From the human T2T-CHM13v2.0 reference genome, Homo sapiens, in the NCBI RefSeq assembly GCF_009914755.1, contig NC_060941.1: a stretch of 64,000 nucleotides of DNA; one strand, written 5' to 3'. The notes beneath the pieces are model-generated. The model saw only the letters and a list, made by a program, of their open reading frames with translations, was not told the DNA's origin and searched no databases. A program made the translations under genes and the position numbers. Shown piece after piece: positions 27,939-45,654 of the stretch. Position 1 is the first letter of the stretch. Each line of letters starts with the position of its first letter.

Positions 27939-29867
27939 TAAATGTTTATCTTTATCTTGTGCATCTAGAGCCCTGGTTCTCAAAGTGTAGTTCCCAGATC
28001 AGCAGCATTGGCAGTAATGGGAAAATATTAGAAATGTAAATTATTAAGCTTCAACCCAGACCTGCTGAATCAGAAACTCTGGGGACCTTATGAGGTCAGC
28101 AGGACAGGTAGCATGATCATCATTTCACTGATGAAAATGGAGATTCTTGTCCAAGGTCAAATGGTTAGGTAATAATAAAGTCAAGTTCTGGGTCTAGAAT
28201 CTGGATTTTTTTTCCCCTAGCTCCAGAGCTCTCCTTTCACTTGATTTTACTGTCCCGCTCACTGTCTGTACAGACTATTTCTTCAGTCTTTTCTCTGCTC
28301 ACTGGGTTTATGTTGATCTCTTGTCAAAGCTGGCTACTATTTCCATAGAACCTGCTTTGAGCGCCTTTATTCCAGAACTACTCATTCTACTTCCAGCCTG
28401 TGTGCTTTGGGGAGCATATCTTGCAGGTTTGAAGGCACAGATCCAAGCTTCTCCAACTTTAGGGTCCACATGCGTCACCTGGGGACCTGGTTAGAGCACC
28501 GAGCTCTGATTCAGGAGGTGTGAGTTGGGGCGGAGTTTCTGCATTTCTAGCAGCATTCAGGTGATGGTCTCAGTCTCCACACTTTGAACAGAAGGGCAGT
28601 AGGCCCCTTTGGTGCTTTTGTCTACACTTTCTCCATGAAGAGCCTGCAAGTTTCTTGAGCCCAGGATCAAGTCTTGCCTGTCTTCATACTCCTGAGTGTC
28701 ATGATTAGCTCCTGGAAGGGAGACAAGGAAGGAAAGAGGGAGGAAAGAAAAAAAGCATCTTTTCCATTGGCATCTACCTTTTTGAGCAGAGAAGTGGGAA
28801 GATAAGGTGCTCACTTCCAGTGTCTTGAAACCTCACTTCTACCTCTGGGTGCCAACAACAACAGTCCTGAAGCTCCTTTATAATTTTCAAAGTCCAAACA
28901 GAGGTAGTGGCAAGGTTTGTGGCTACCGAAGCTCTGGCATTCATCTGGCACATTGTTGCTTAGTGTACAAGCGAAGTGTGCGTGAACATCTTTTGATTTG
29001 GAGAAAATGCCAGGTTTGAGACATAGCAACCTTGCTGGAGCCCCCTGAAGAAGCCACACCAATGTCAAGGAATCTGATTGTGTAGTTCTGGTGTTTGCCT
29101 ATTGTTGCCATTTAGGATATAATCTCCTTAACTCCATAAATACTAAATCCAAGCACTTTGGCAGGCAAAACTGCCTGTGATCTCATAAAACATATAATGG
29201 CCATCTGGCAGAAACCATTGATGTTGTCAGAAGGAGATGGGAGATGGACAGCAATGTGTGAGTCATTTTTACAGTCCTCCCCGTGAAGACCAAAGGGTGT
29301 TGTTTGACAGCTCAGGAAACAGGCAGCCAAGACCCTGTCACTGTTTGGAACTCTCTAGAGACCTTTGAAGAAAGTCTCCCTCTCTGTGGTGGAAAGAAAG
29401 AGAGCCACAGTTTCTTCAGTGGTACAGGTGAGGCCATACCGCAAAGACTTGCACAGTACAAGTGGATCTGGAGTTTGAAGTAAAGTCTCCACCTCCCTTT
29501 CCTTAGGGAAAGCCACTGAGAAAGTCTGTACAGGGAAGTGCTGGCAGGGTTGTAGGTGTTTCCAAGCGTCTTCAGTTCTAAGACTGTGACCCTTGGCTCC
29601 TCATACTGTTCCTGGCTATTGGTAAGAGGAAAAGTCTGTTCACACCACTTCATCCAGGGCTGAGAACTGAGCTGGATTTCCAGTTTGGGGAAATTCATGT
29701 TTACCTGGCCTCTTTGGTGAATATCTATGCCTCCCATGTGCACAGGATTGCTTCTGAGGCAAAGTCTGGTAGCAATAGCCTGCCCCATCTGTACCACCAT
29801 TCATGTCCCCATTCATGGGTCATAAAACCTCTGCCCTCTAGCCATCCTGCAGAACTTGCATGGCTGA

Positions 29868-30238
<371 letters not shown>

Positions 30239-30847
30239 CCCCCTTCCTTTCTTTTCTCCACTTCATGAGTGCCTATTAGCCCTTCAAAGCTCAGTTTAAG
30301 CATCTCTTAAGAGTCCCGAGATACCCCTTTCATACTTACGGCAGTACTCCATGCCTCTCTACATGCTGCATATTTTGATTTTGTCTATCTGTCTCACCCG
30401 CTAGTTCATCTCCTCCTTGTTCGCCTCTTGGTCTCTGTGCCTAGTAGAGTGTCAGCTACATAGCAGACGCTTAACAAATTTTAGATACTTAAGTAGAAAG
30501 CTGCTTATAATTATACCCAGCAAAAGACAAGGCCATTTTTGTCAAGGAGAGGGTGAAATGAATAGCTTGATTTCTTCCCAGTTTTAGCATTAACATGTCT
30601 AATGTCACATGTACAGCGGTAACAGGGAAGGGTTCCAAAGTCCTAGTTACAGTGACAGATTTCTGTTCAGAGCAAAGTCTGCAAAACACTGCTCCCACTT
30701 GTCACCTTGGCACTTCGGTCTTTATTGTGGTCAAAGCCACACACTATTTGAAAAGTTACTGGGTAATCCTAACCACAGATTTCCCTTAGGGCTAGTTAGG
30801 GGTCAAAGAATGCTTTGAAACCAAACCAAAACTTCCACCCAAGTGGA

Positions 30848-31080
30848 ACTGTCTTGGTCTGAATCGTCCCAGATTCTGAGACAAGGGTCTAAGTGCAAGG
30901 AGATTATTTGGGAGAGATCCAGGATGTGCTAGGAAGAGAGAGAGGGGTGAGACAAGGAAGCAAACGAAGCCAGTGCAAGGCGAACAGAAGAGTGGGCTCC
31001 TCCTGAGGACAGCTGGGGCTTAATCCGCCCCCAAGAACTTCTGGACAGGACGTAGAGCACATCTTAGGCTTGCCCTGCAC
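30848..31080. mobile_element. Old MLT1 (K/L-like) LTR fragment
   Basis: cagattctgagacaagggtctaagtgcaaggagattatttgggag. Confidence 0.6.
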
Positions 31081-31084
31081 TCTG

Positions 31085-32230
31085 TCTTCATTCTCACTAT
31101 TTGCTCATCCATTCACCAGTTGGAAGACATTTGGTTGTTTCTAGATTTGGGCTCTTAACAATAAAGTTGCCTTAAACATCCATGTGTTTGTGTATACATA
31201 TGTTTTCATTTATTTTGGACAGATACCTAGAAGAGGAATCGCTGAGTTGAATAGTGGAATGATAAGTGTATGCTTAACTTTATAAGAAACTGACTGTTTT
31301 CCAAAGTGGCTGAACCATTTTAAATTCCTGCTAGCAATGTATGTGTGTCCAAATGTTACCAAAAAAAAACCAAACAAACAAAACAAACAACAATAACAAC
31401 AAAAAGCCTGTGGCTTGCTTTTTTATTTTCTTAACAGTGTTTTTAGAAGAGCACAGGTTTTAAACTATGATGAAGTCCAATGTATCAGTGTATTTTCTTA
31501 CATGATTTGTGCTTTTCGTGCTTTAAGAAAGCTTTGCCTAACCTAAGGTCACAAATATTTTTTACTCTTTTTTTTTCCCCTCAAGTTTGAGCGTTAGCTC
31601 TTTTTTTCAGTTGTAGATCCATTTTGAGTTAATTGTAACTCTGATGTAAAGTAAGAGTTGAGACTGATTGATCTTTCTATCTATTGACATACAGCTACCC
31701 AATTGTTCCAGCACCATTTATTGAAAGTACCCTTCCCCAGTGAATTATCTTGGTAATTTTACTCAAAATCAATTGGATACTTATACTTGTATCTATTTCT
31801 ACACTTTCTATTATATTTTGTTCATTGATATTTCTACTCTTGCACCAAATACCACACTGCATTAGCCACTGTAGCTTTAGAGTAAATATTGAAATCAAGA
31901 AGTACATGTCCTCCAATTTTTTTATTTTTCAAAACTCTTTTGGCTATCCTCTGTTCTCTGCATTTTAATATAAAAGAATCAGCTCATCAATTTCTAAAAC
32001 ATGTCTCGTAATTTTGATTGGGATTGTGTGGAATCTTTCTATCAATTTTGGCATAATTGCTATTTTAATAATATTGAGCCTTCTTATCCTGTCTTTTTTA
32101 TTTTCTCTCAGCAATGCTTTATACTTCCTGATGTATAGATATTGCACATGTTGTTAAATTTGCCGCTAACTTGCTCACATATTTATGCTATCTTAATGAT
32201 GTTGTTTATTTCTATTTCATAGTTGACTAT
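31085..32230 (-). mobile_element. L1M ORF2/3' fragment
   Basis: Antisense L1; minus ORFs ...RLNIIKIAIMPKLIERFHTIPIKI... and ...KSRNINEQNIIES... resemble ORF2p. Confidence 0.85.
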
Positions 32231-32657
32231 TTCTTCAAATGTATTCTTAGATTAGCCACATTTTAATGTACTTATATATACATAATTATACTGTTGTTTA
32301 TTTTGCTTACTTACTGATTAGTTGTCTTGTTCTGGGAAGATTTTAAGAAAGTTTATGAGAATGTATAAAATAAAACAAGAACTTTGAAGAAGGACAGAGT
32401 GAAAAAGGGAGAATAAAAGGAAAGGGACATCAGGTAAAACCAGACATGAAACTAATACACAAACACATGATAAGTTCCAATTAACATGTGATAAATTGCT
32501 TTCTAGATGCCAATGCCAGTGTAAAAAGCAAAATCTGATTATGACATAATTCAGAGCATCCTAAAGTGGCAAATTAGAAAAGCACAGCCGTTTCTTGTAC
32601 TTTTCCCCAGCAGATTCTCAAAAAACAAGATATAACATACCACGTAATAGAATGGAT

Positions 32658-33334
<677 letters not shown>

Positions 33335-33439
33335 ATAACAATTAAGGTCCTCTTCAATGTCTTTATGGAGGTTATGCTGCATTTGGATGTGCTGTTTCTT
33401 TTGTCACTTAAGATATAGAGTAGCAGTGCTAAGACAATG

Positions 33440-33616
33440 GTCTCCAAGGCAATTAAATTTGACTGCAACCTCAGGAGAGAGACACTGTATTATACCTGGA
33501 TTTCTTTCCCTGTTGGTCCTGGATTTCTTTCCCTTAGAAACTGTGTGAGGTCATGTTTGCTGTTTTGAACTGCTAAGTTTGGGCAACTTGTTATGTAGCA
33601 ATAGATAACTAATATA
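33440..33616 (+). mobile_element. MLT1 LTR 3' fragment
   Basis: agaaactgtgtgag...ctaagtttggg...gcaatagataactaata. Confidence 0.7.
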
Positions 33617-33904
33617 GATTTTGGCCCCAAACTATCAGTTATTCAAAGTATGATTTATAGTGCTTACTTCATGCCAGGTATTTTACTAAGTACTATGTGA
33701 GTATTATCTTACTTAATCCTATGTAACCCTATGAGGAATGAACCATTATCAGACTATTTTACAAGTGGAGAAATTGAGGGCAAGAAGCATTTATGCCAAA
33801 TAAAGCCCTGGGAGTCTGATTCCAAACTCTGGGCTTTTATCATCCTGCAATTCTGCCCCTTCTCCTATCTCTCCTAAGAAGATCAGGCCAATGGGTTCTG
33901 TGTG

Positions 33905-34149
33905 GGATGCCTTCTCACTAGGGACGATGGATATTCTTCCCAGGATGGTGAGAACTGGTTCTCAAGAAGTGTAAAAAAAAAATAAATAAATAAATCTTAG
34001 TACACTGGTTTGTGATCCTCTGAAGCTCAACCCTACCTGCCTAAATTTTATTCCTTAGTACTTAATTTCTTTTTTGGGGGGAGAATTTAAATAAAATTTA
34101 ACTTTTCTCTTTAAGTGAGGATAATAAAACAAAAATTGAGAAACACTGC
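33905..34149. mobile_element. hAT MITE (MER105/106-like)
   Basis: ctcaaccctacc...attccttagta...ttgagaaacactg terminus. Confidence 0.5.
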
Positions 34150-35494
34150 TTTATGACAAAGGCCAATTCAGACTTCTTCTCTGTAAGCCAGGAAGTTCCT
34201 GATGCAGAGGAGCGGCTTAGTTAACACTGTTGGATTGATAGACTCTGGTCTATGAGGTTCAAATCTGTACTTTGAAAATAATATCTCCAGCAAGAAATCA
34301 ATAAATAACACAAGCTAAAGGGATGCTCTGGGTTCCACAGGAAACCAAGGCCTCTGCAAAGACCGGAGGCAGAGGCAACACTGCTCTTAAGAGTGAGGGT
34401 TCAGAGCTGGCTGACACGAATACCACCTGTCAGTAACTATGATGGAAAATATTAGTTTACATTCTTCAGTTCCCTGGTGACTGACCATATTAGGCCTGAG
34501 CAACGTATCTTACCACACTTGCTAATCTGTGGATTTCTAAAAGTGGATAATTAGTCCAGACAGTTAGAGCTCAAAATGAAACGAGCTTAAGTCTTTCAGG
34601 AATTACAGCAGGTGCCTGAGGGGATCTGCCATTCAGGCCTGACCCATTTCTGCCTGTGCCTGGGAGAGAGCTCATCTCCTCAGACTGATAGATCTATTGG
34701 CACATTCACCCATTTATGCCCAAACTGAGGGCTGCTACCCTGGCAAACTTCCACTCCGAGATAAGGCAGGAAAGTGGTGGCTGAAGCCTGAGTTCTTCTT
34801 CCAATCACTGCATCCTAAGCATATGGATAAATTCAGGCTTATGAGAACGTGATGAGGGTAAGAACAGAGACTCAGCAAGGCTGCTAGAACTGCCCAGAGT
34901 CACTCAGCCAGTCAGCAGCAGAGTTGAGCTAGAGTCCCCAGAACCTGACACTGTCCAGGGTTTTTCCCATTAGCCCACACTGTCTCCATGCGGGTGTTTG
35001 GTCTCTGAAGCTCTCCTCTTGGGGTAAGGAGAATGAAGGAGCCCAGTTATTTTCTCCCAGTAGAGTTCATAGCTTCTCCCTTCCCAACCCTCCCCACCTT
35101 CTGTCTGGTTTGAGTTTACTGTCAAAACATGCAGTCAAATTACTTGTCTGCAGACATTTTTGCTGGCCTTAGTGTATCCACAAGAGAGCTGTTAATGATT
35201 ACCCTTCCTGCCCATACTTAGCTCATCTTCAGAAGGGAACTGCTCATTATCATTCTCTGACTGCAGGCTGGGCCGGCTGGAAACAGTCAGTCAGGATTCT
35301 AGCAGTGGTAGAGCTGGAGTCCTGGCATTTTCTGCCGTTGGGTCATATTGCTACCAAAAGTGACTCTTGGCTCTTGGGAGGCTGTGGGCCTGTGGTCCCT
35401 CAAGCCAGGCTTCTTGGAGCTTGTGAGAAAGTAAGTAAGTGGGGGCCAGGGAGGGGGGCACTTTTGTTCATAGTTGACTTCCAATGGCCCCCAC

Positions 35495-37596
35495 CAAAGC
35501 CAATTACATAATTATCGGGACTCAATACAAAATAAAAGTGTGGAACTCTTTGTTCAAAAAGTGGAGAAAAAGTGCTTTTTCTTTTATCCCACGGTCTCTT
35601 TCAACTTGTCATGATTTTTTTTTTAATTTTTTGCTATTGAATGTCACTCTGTCAAGAGAAATTAAAACTTTAAATTGTTGTCATAAATTTTAACAATCAT
35701 CTTTGTATTGTGCAATGCCAGTTTTCAATAGAAACTAAAAAACTTGTGCACAGTAAAGGAAACAATCAACAGAGTGAAAAAACAACCTACAGAATGAGAG
35801 AAAATATTTGTAAACTATTCGCTCTACAGGGGATTAATATCCAGAATATACAAGGAACTCAAGCAAAAACAGCAAAAAAACAAACAATTCAATTTAAAAC
35901 ATGGGCAAATGATCTGAACAGACATTTATCGAAAGAAGACATACAAATGGCCAACAAATATATGAAGAAATGTTCAACATCACTAATCATCAGAGAAATG
36001 CAAATCAAAACCACAATGAGATATCATCTCACCCCAGTTAGGAAGGCTATTAGCAAAAAGACAAAAACAACTAATGCTGGTGAGGATAGAGAGGAAACGG
36101 AACTCCTATACACTGTTAGTAAGACAGTAAACTAGTACATCCACTACGAAGAACAGTATGCAGACTCCTCAAAAAAATTGCAAGTAGAACTACCATATGA
36201 TCCAGCAATCCCACTACTAGGAATTTATCCAAAGGAAAGGAAAATAGTATAACAAAGAAATATCTGCACACTCATGTTTACTGTAGCACTATTCACAGTA
36301 GCCAAGATATAGAATCAATCTAGGTATCCAATAACAGATGAATAAATAAAGTATGTTATATATGCACAGTGGAATACTATTCAGCCATAAAAAGAATGCA
36401 ATCCTGTCATTCGTAGCAACATGGGTGGAATAGGAGGACATTATGTTAAGTGAAATAAGCCAGAAACAGAAAATTAAGCATTGAATGTCTTCACTCATAT
36501 GTGGAAGCTAAAAAAAAAGTTGATCTCATAGAAGTAAAAAGCAGAACAGAGGATACTAAAGACTGAGAAGGATGTAGTAAGGAGGATAGGAAAAGATATC
36601 TTAAAGGATACAAAATTACAGCTGGTTGGGAGGAATAAGTTCCAGTGCTCTAGAGCACTGTAGGATGGCTATCATTGATAATAACATATTATATATTTTT
36701 AAATACCTGGAAGGAAGATATTGAATGTTCTCAACACAAAGAAATGGTAAAGGTTTGCTATGATGGATATGCTAATTACCCTGATCAAATCACTATCCAT
36801 TGCATGTATTGAAACATCACCATGTACCCCATGAATATACACAATTATGTGTCAATTTAAAAAAAAACTAAAAATGCAACTTATAATGGTGTTTAACTCC
36901 TAGGTGAAATCACCAAAATTACACCCAGCATATCTCTTAGCTTGCACATGCATATGTATTTTGTTCTTATCGGAACAGGGGAAATCCTGCACAAGAGTAA
37001 CTCAACTGTTTTTATTTCACTTCCACCTTTGGCTTTCTGGTGAAAAAATTGAAAGGACTGAAAGGAAAATGAACTTTTTCTTTCCTTTTATGTCATCATT
37101 TTCAACATAAATGGTTGGCTAATACAGGGAAGGAATATAAGTAAGAAAGCTTATAATAGAATTCCTTAGTTGTGTGTGTTTCTCAATGTGTTGCTGTCCA
37201 TTTTCTCCATTTGCAGCAAGTTCTGGCTGGAATGGAAAGCATGGCCTCTCAGGGATTTCCATGCCCCTGACTACTCATTTGTAAACAGAACACACATAGC
37301 CTGTACTTACTTTGAGTCTTGCTGAGTCCCATGCATGGTGGGCCTACCAGAATTCTGTGCTCATGGGGCATGGTGAACACTCTATATAAATGGGGTGGCA
37401 GGTTGCGTGTATCTCTGCTTCATGAGCATGCTCCATTGTCCCTTTGGACTTCACTTACAAAATGGAAGTTCAAAAGTAAAATGAGGAATTTCAAGATGAC
37501 GGGATGGCAGTGAAACATAAAACCAAACATGAGGTCCTCTTGAGCACGGGGCCGTGTGTGACAAGCACACATCACAGGCCCATGAAACTGTCCCTG
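35495..37596 (-). mobile_element. MER45B-like hAT-Tip100 element split by an L1MA
   Basis: Terminus gcccatgaaactgtccctgg; gaatttcaagatgac...gggccgtgtgtgac matches MER45 5' end in antisense. Confidence 0.7.
35727..36870 (+). mobile_element. L1MA-type 3' end (ORF2 C-terminus plus 3' UTR)
   Basis: Translation [47 protein letters not shown] is L1 ORF2p; A-tail at ~36860. Confidence 0.95.
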
Positions 37597-38485
37597 GTAC
37601 CCACTCTGCCCCCGTAGACCCAGGCCTCAATCTGCTACCAAGAGATAGAGGAGGAATGTTAGAAATGGCCGGAATTAAGTAGCAAAGTATGAGACAGCAA
37701 ATCTGTGAGGGAAGGAAAAAGTGTGTTGAGGTTCAGATGTTCTCAATCCTGACTGCTCTTTAGAATAACCTGGGGAATTTTAAAAACACGCAATGTCTAG
37801 GCTCCAGGTCTGGAAGTTCTGATGTACTGGATCCAGGGAAGGTCTGTACATGGGTATAGCCAGGTCATGCTAGGATGCGGCCAGAATCTGCCATGTTTCA
37901 CCCTCACGCTCTGCACCAGCTCAGCTGAAATAGGGTTACCTGAGGCTGCCTCTAAAGACAAATAGTCTTGAGTGTCTGTTTTCTTTTTGGAGGGTTTTTT
38001 GCTTGCTATTTTTGGAGCTATTCTATTAAATTGTTCTAATTAATGGTCATTGACACAAAATAACAATGTATGTTCCATCTTTTTCAGCTAAAATCTAAAG
38101 TTGTTTTTATCATGTCCAAAAACTTAGTGCAGTGAACACAAATACTTTGTCTGGACCACTTATTAAAGGTGCAATTCGACTCTTCATTTCAGCTCATCGC
38201 AGAGCATAGATGGCTCTTCTCCATGTTAGGGATGGGTATGGCTAGTGCGTCAGTCAAACCTACCGCATGCTTCCAGGTGTGTCCGTCTTTAGGATTCAGG
38301 TTTCAGATGTACTCCTGAGAAATATGGACGAATTAACCTATAAATTTGAAGGTCTCACTATTTAAAGAAATCTCACACCGAATCTATAATAAGAATAATA
38401 GTCTACTTTGACCTTTAGTCAGTATTTAAGGTTATAGCTCATTTTACAATTAAGATCAATGAATATTTACAAGTTAAAAACTTCT

Positions 38486-38783
<298 letters not shown>

Positions 38784-39370
38784 AAGAGACATTCTTGTTT
38801 TTGCCATTTTAAAAAATATCTCATTCTAGTACAGACATCATGAAATATATAGACTGAATGTTAGCAACAATTCAGCCCAGAGATTCCCCAACCTCATCAC
38901 CATTGGTTGCTTGGGGCAACTCTGCTAACTGGGAGTCCCATCCAGAGATTCAGATTCCCCACATCTGGTCTGGGACATGATTAGTCATTGTACAAAAGCT
39001 CCTCTGCTGATTTTGATGATCAAGTAGGCTTTAGAATAATGGATCTAACTCCAAAGTCTTATATTTTAAGCACACTTCATCCCTAGTACTAAAGTAAAGT
39101 CCTGGAAACAAAGGACTAAAGATATGTTTTTAATATAAATTCTAGAAAATATAGAGAAGTAAAAAGAGAAAGGTTATCCTTTATCCTATCAACTAGATAG
39201 AACTGCTGTTTGTCTTTCCAGTCTTTTTTTTTTTCTACTGTATAAGTGAGTGATGTTCAAAATACTATAGCATGGGCATTAACCTACGATTGTTCACTGT
39301 TTACACTGTTGAGTATATATCAGGTGAAAATCAACTCTAAGTGTAAGCATATATACATATATATATAGTT

Positions 39371-39676
<306 letters not shown>

Positions 39677-39779
39677 CTAAGCATATGATTTTTTTAAAAA
39701 AATTATATGACATAGTATATACAATTTGGTAACTGGATTTTTAAAAACTTCAATATATTTTTAATTTAAAAGGGGGAAT

Positions 39780-40260
39780 TCTATAGGGTTCAGCCCCCAG
39801 TTTTTTCCTCTTTTCACACTATCTTCTTTCCCTAGACAATTCCATCTACTTCTGTGGCTTCAATTCACAACTATATTTTTCCTACCAGATTTTACCTGTC
39901 ACCCCAATTCTTCTCTGAGGCATTAGCCCTCTCTCTCTAATATTACTGATTAGCAGACATGTTCACATGAACGTCTCTCTAGGCACTTTGACCTCAATAT
40001 ATCCAAAAGTAAACTCAGGATGTTCTTCCTCCAATTCTGAGGAAACCAGACGCCCAAACCATCCAGACTATCAAGCACCATTCTTGATTCCTTCCTCATA
40101 CTCAGTGCTCTACAAATGTAATCAGAGACCAGATTAAATGGATTCAGCTTCCTAAAGATCCCTTGAACATAACCATTTCTCTCCTCTCCACTGCCATCTC
40201 TAGACCAAGCCACTATCATTTGTCACTTGGACAATTGCTGCACATTCCTACCTGAGCCAC
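39780..40260. mobile_element. L2 fragment (similar at ~23770-24020, 26070-26330, 46080-46340, 51350-51810, 62820-63330)
   Basis: ctcaatatatccaaaagtaaactc...ctccactgccatctctagaccaagccactatcat L2 motifs. Confidence 0.7.
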
Positions 40261-40375
40261 AACTTATTCCCATGAAAGTGAACAAATAGTAATATAATAT
40301 TTTGAAAACATTTACTATGTTTTGCTCACTGATTCATTTTTTGCTTTCCATAATGACATTAGAGATATACACATT

Positions 40376-40680
40376 AGCCAGGCACAGTGGCTCACACCTA
40401 TAATCCTAAGACTTTTGAGAAGCCAAGGAGGGTGGATCGCTTGAGCTCAGGAGTTCGAGACCAGCCTGGGCAACATGGCAAAACCCTGTCTCTACCAAAA
40501 ATACAAAAATTAGCCGGACATGATGGCAGGTGCCTGTGGTCCCAGCTACTCGAGAGGCCGAGGTGGGAGGATTACTAGAGCCAGGGAAGTTGAGGTTTCA
40601 GTGAGCCATGATCGTGTCACTGCACTCCAGCCTGGGTGACAGAATGAGACACTGTCCCCCAAAATAGAAAAGAAATACAA
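40376..40680 (+). mobile_element. AluJb-like
   Basis: Full dimer, J-type diagnostics. Confidence 0.9.
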
Positions 40681-40975
40681 AGAAATATGCATATTGAGGC
40701 TGAGGTTTGCTGCCCAATAAAGGAACAAATTCTGAAAATGAAAAGTCAAATGCTTCACTTTTTACTCCAAAAATTGGCTTATAAAACTGTAAAAGGGTAA
40801 AATAATTTTGAAAGTTAAAACTTTGTTTATAAACAAGAGCTTTTGTGAAAGGAAAATAGTTTTGAATCCTCAAAGGCTAAGAGCCTAAAGGACCTCAAAC
40901 CTAAAGCTAATGCTATAAACACTGAGGTTAGGAAGAAAGCATCATCCTGTCCTCCCAAAAGAATATGTCCTCCAA

Positions 40976-41416
<441 letters not shown>

Positions 41417-41499
41417 CTAGATAATTTTGCAAAGATCCTAGTCTAGAGAATTCATCACTTCCTAGGGTTTATATGGAAATTTGGTATTCAGCATGACCT

Positions 41500-42490
<991 letters not shown>

Positions 42491-42650
42491 TTTCCCCATG
42501 GTTTAGGCCAAAAACATTGGAAGCATCCTTGACTCCTCTGTTTTGCTCATATCCCAAATACAATGCATTAGAAAATTTTATTGGCTTTACTTTCAAAATG
42601 TAGTCTGGGTTTACCCAAAAGCCAACACGGAGTCAAAAGTCAAGTGCGAT

Positions 42651-42954
42651 TAGTCAGCCCTCAATATCCATGAACCCTACATCCATGATTCAACCAAACA
42701 GGCAGTAAAAAAAATTTGAAAAAAATAATAAATAACGATACAAAAATAAAAAGTAATTGACAATGACAACTATTTATGTAGCGTTTTTTTAGGTATTGTA
42801 AGTAACATGGAAATGATTTAAAGTATATGGGAAGACGTGTGTAGATTATATGCAAATACTACGCCATTTTATAACTGAGACTTGAGCATCCACAGATTTT
42901 GGTATTCTCTGAGAAGCCTGGAACCAATCCCCCTTGGATACTGAGGATGACTGT
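42651..42954. mobile_element. MER2 (Tigger-type MITE)
   Basis: agtcagccctcaatatcc...ggatactgaggatgactg TIRs; tatatgcaaatactacgccatttt. Confidence 0.88.
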
Positions 42955-43039
42955 ATTTTATTTAGAATTTAAGGAAAACCAATAAGGGGAGTAGGGGAAT
43001 GAAAAAGGAAAGGGAAGAAGTCAACATAGAGCAACATGT

Positions 43040-43836
43040 GAGCCACTCCAAGTTCACCCTTTGTTGCCTGCTTTGCTATGTTATAGACGGGCCCTGTAAA
43101 GACTTCTCCTGTGCCAGGTGGCACAATGCTAAGTGTTTACAGTAGAGGGTGCTGGAGGGACAGTAGAATAGAGAGAGGTTTCATTTCCTAGTTCTAATGT
43201 TCTCCTCTCCCCACATGCCTTAAGCTCATCCAGCAACTCCAGCAGCACCCAGTCTCCTGCAGTGCGGACAGCTTCTCCAGGGCCCAGCTTTTACAACCTG
43301 TTGTGACCAGCAGTGCCCAGCTTCCCCCAGAACTCCCTTGAACAGCCTAGGAGTGACATGACCCCTCATGGAGTCTCCTGTGACAATTTTCCCTGGTAAT
43401 CCCCAAGAAGGTTTTGAGATAATTTCTGAGAGATGAAACTTCTCTTTGACATCTTCCCTTGAAAATATGGAGGGCAAATTTCCAGAAAGTTCTACAGCAT
43501 CACAACTCAGGGACTTGTCCACCATCCAGTGAGCCGTGAGTGAGGTGAGGTGTTCTTATTCCAGGTTCTTTAATTCTTGGAGTGCTCCACCTCAGCCCCA
43601 GGGGTAGTGGCTGTTCCTTATATCCACTAGTCCTATATTCTTCAGAGTTCTCTTACATCTTGCTATCTAATCCCTTGTTACTGCAAATCCTCTCCTATAT
43701 TGTATAAGAGGAGCTTAGAATATAATATTACATAATTATAGAACAACTCTATAATTACATGATAATTCCTTATATTAAGCTTTTCCTGCTCAAATTACTA
43801 TGTGATTCTGCCGTCTCATTTAATTCTGGCAGATAC
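43040..43836 (+). mobile_element. LTR41 (ERVL) solo LTR
   Basis: ctccaagttcaccctttgttgcctgc...cagtagagggtgctggagggac...ttcctgctcaaattact...gataca. Confidence 0.75.
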
Positions 43837-44537
43837 AGATACCTTATTAACCCGGCTGCCGTGATGGGCAATTACAGCTTAACTCCTTGGGGAAATTCTG
43901 AAAAATAGTATAAAATATTCCACTTAAGGGGTAAGAAAGCCATGATGTTTTTACTTCAACTCCTGTCAATCACTGGTTGGGTGTAGCTTCTGGGAAGTGT
44001 GATTCCCGGAACTTCCAGCTTGTTTCCCACATAGCAGAGCACCTTCCACAATTCCAGAAAAAGACCTCGGGCACAGAGTCAGAGATTCAGGGCAGTGGAA
44101 CTCCTGCAGAACACAGTGAAGCAGCAGGCGCCAGGGATTACAGCTGGGCCAGTGACAGAGTCTATTATAGCCCAATCACTGTAGTCACTCAGTTCTTCTC
44201 ATGCCTCATGTTCAGATCACTCCACCCTGCCACTGTTCCCCAGGGCAGTGGCTGGTCCCAGTTTTTTTTTCTTTGTTTGTTCCTGCAAAAAAGCAAGACA
44301 AGGCTTTCATGACAAGGATTACCTTCCTCTTCTACCACCCATTCTAGATTCATCTTCCTCTCAACCAGTATTCCACTGGCTTAGATCTAAGCAGTTCCCT
44401 GGTGGGAGTGGGGTGGTCTAGACCCTCTCCCCAACAGAGCCTGAGTCCCAGGTTATCATGCCCTTTCCCTTGCCAAGCTATGGTTGCTCTAACTCCCTGG
44501 TGTTTCAGACATGATCCTTCCCATCCCCATTATGTAG

Positions 44538-45403
<866 letters not shown>

Positions 45404-45473
45404 TCATTTCCACTTTCGATTCCTGGCCATATGTATTCCATCTATTGCGGATCTGATCTGACACCATATAATG

Positions 45474-45654
45474 CAGTGCTTCCCGTACTTCAGTGTGCAA
45501 TGCCTAGAAAGCTTGTTAACATTCAGATTTCTGAGCCCCACCTCGGAGAATCTAATACAGAGGTCTGAGGCCAGGTCCAAGGATTCTGCATTTCTAACAA
45601 GCCCCTAGGTGTTGTTGATGCTCTAGGACCAGGGTCCACAGCTTGAGACTCACT
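45474..45654. mobile_element. MER5A inserted in the ERVL internal remnant
   Basis: cagtgcttccc...ttctgcatttctaacaag...ttgagactcactg. Confidence 0.75.

Larger units (their letters stand above)
42600..44150. mobile_element. Old MLT1 (K-like) LTR interrupted by MER2 and LTR41
   Basis: LTR segments at 42600-42650, 42955-43035 and 43837-44150. Confidence 0.55.

Noticed and set aside
35710-36135. 141-aa ORF with real protein similarity
   Set aside because: Truncated L1 ORF2p C-terminal fossil
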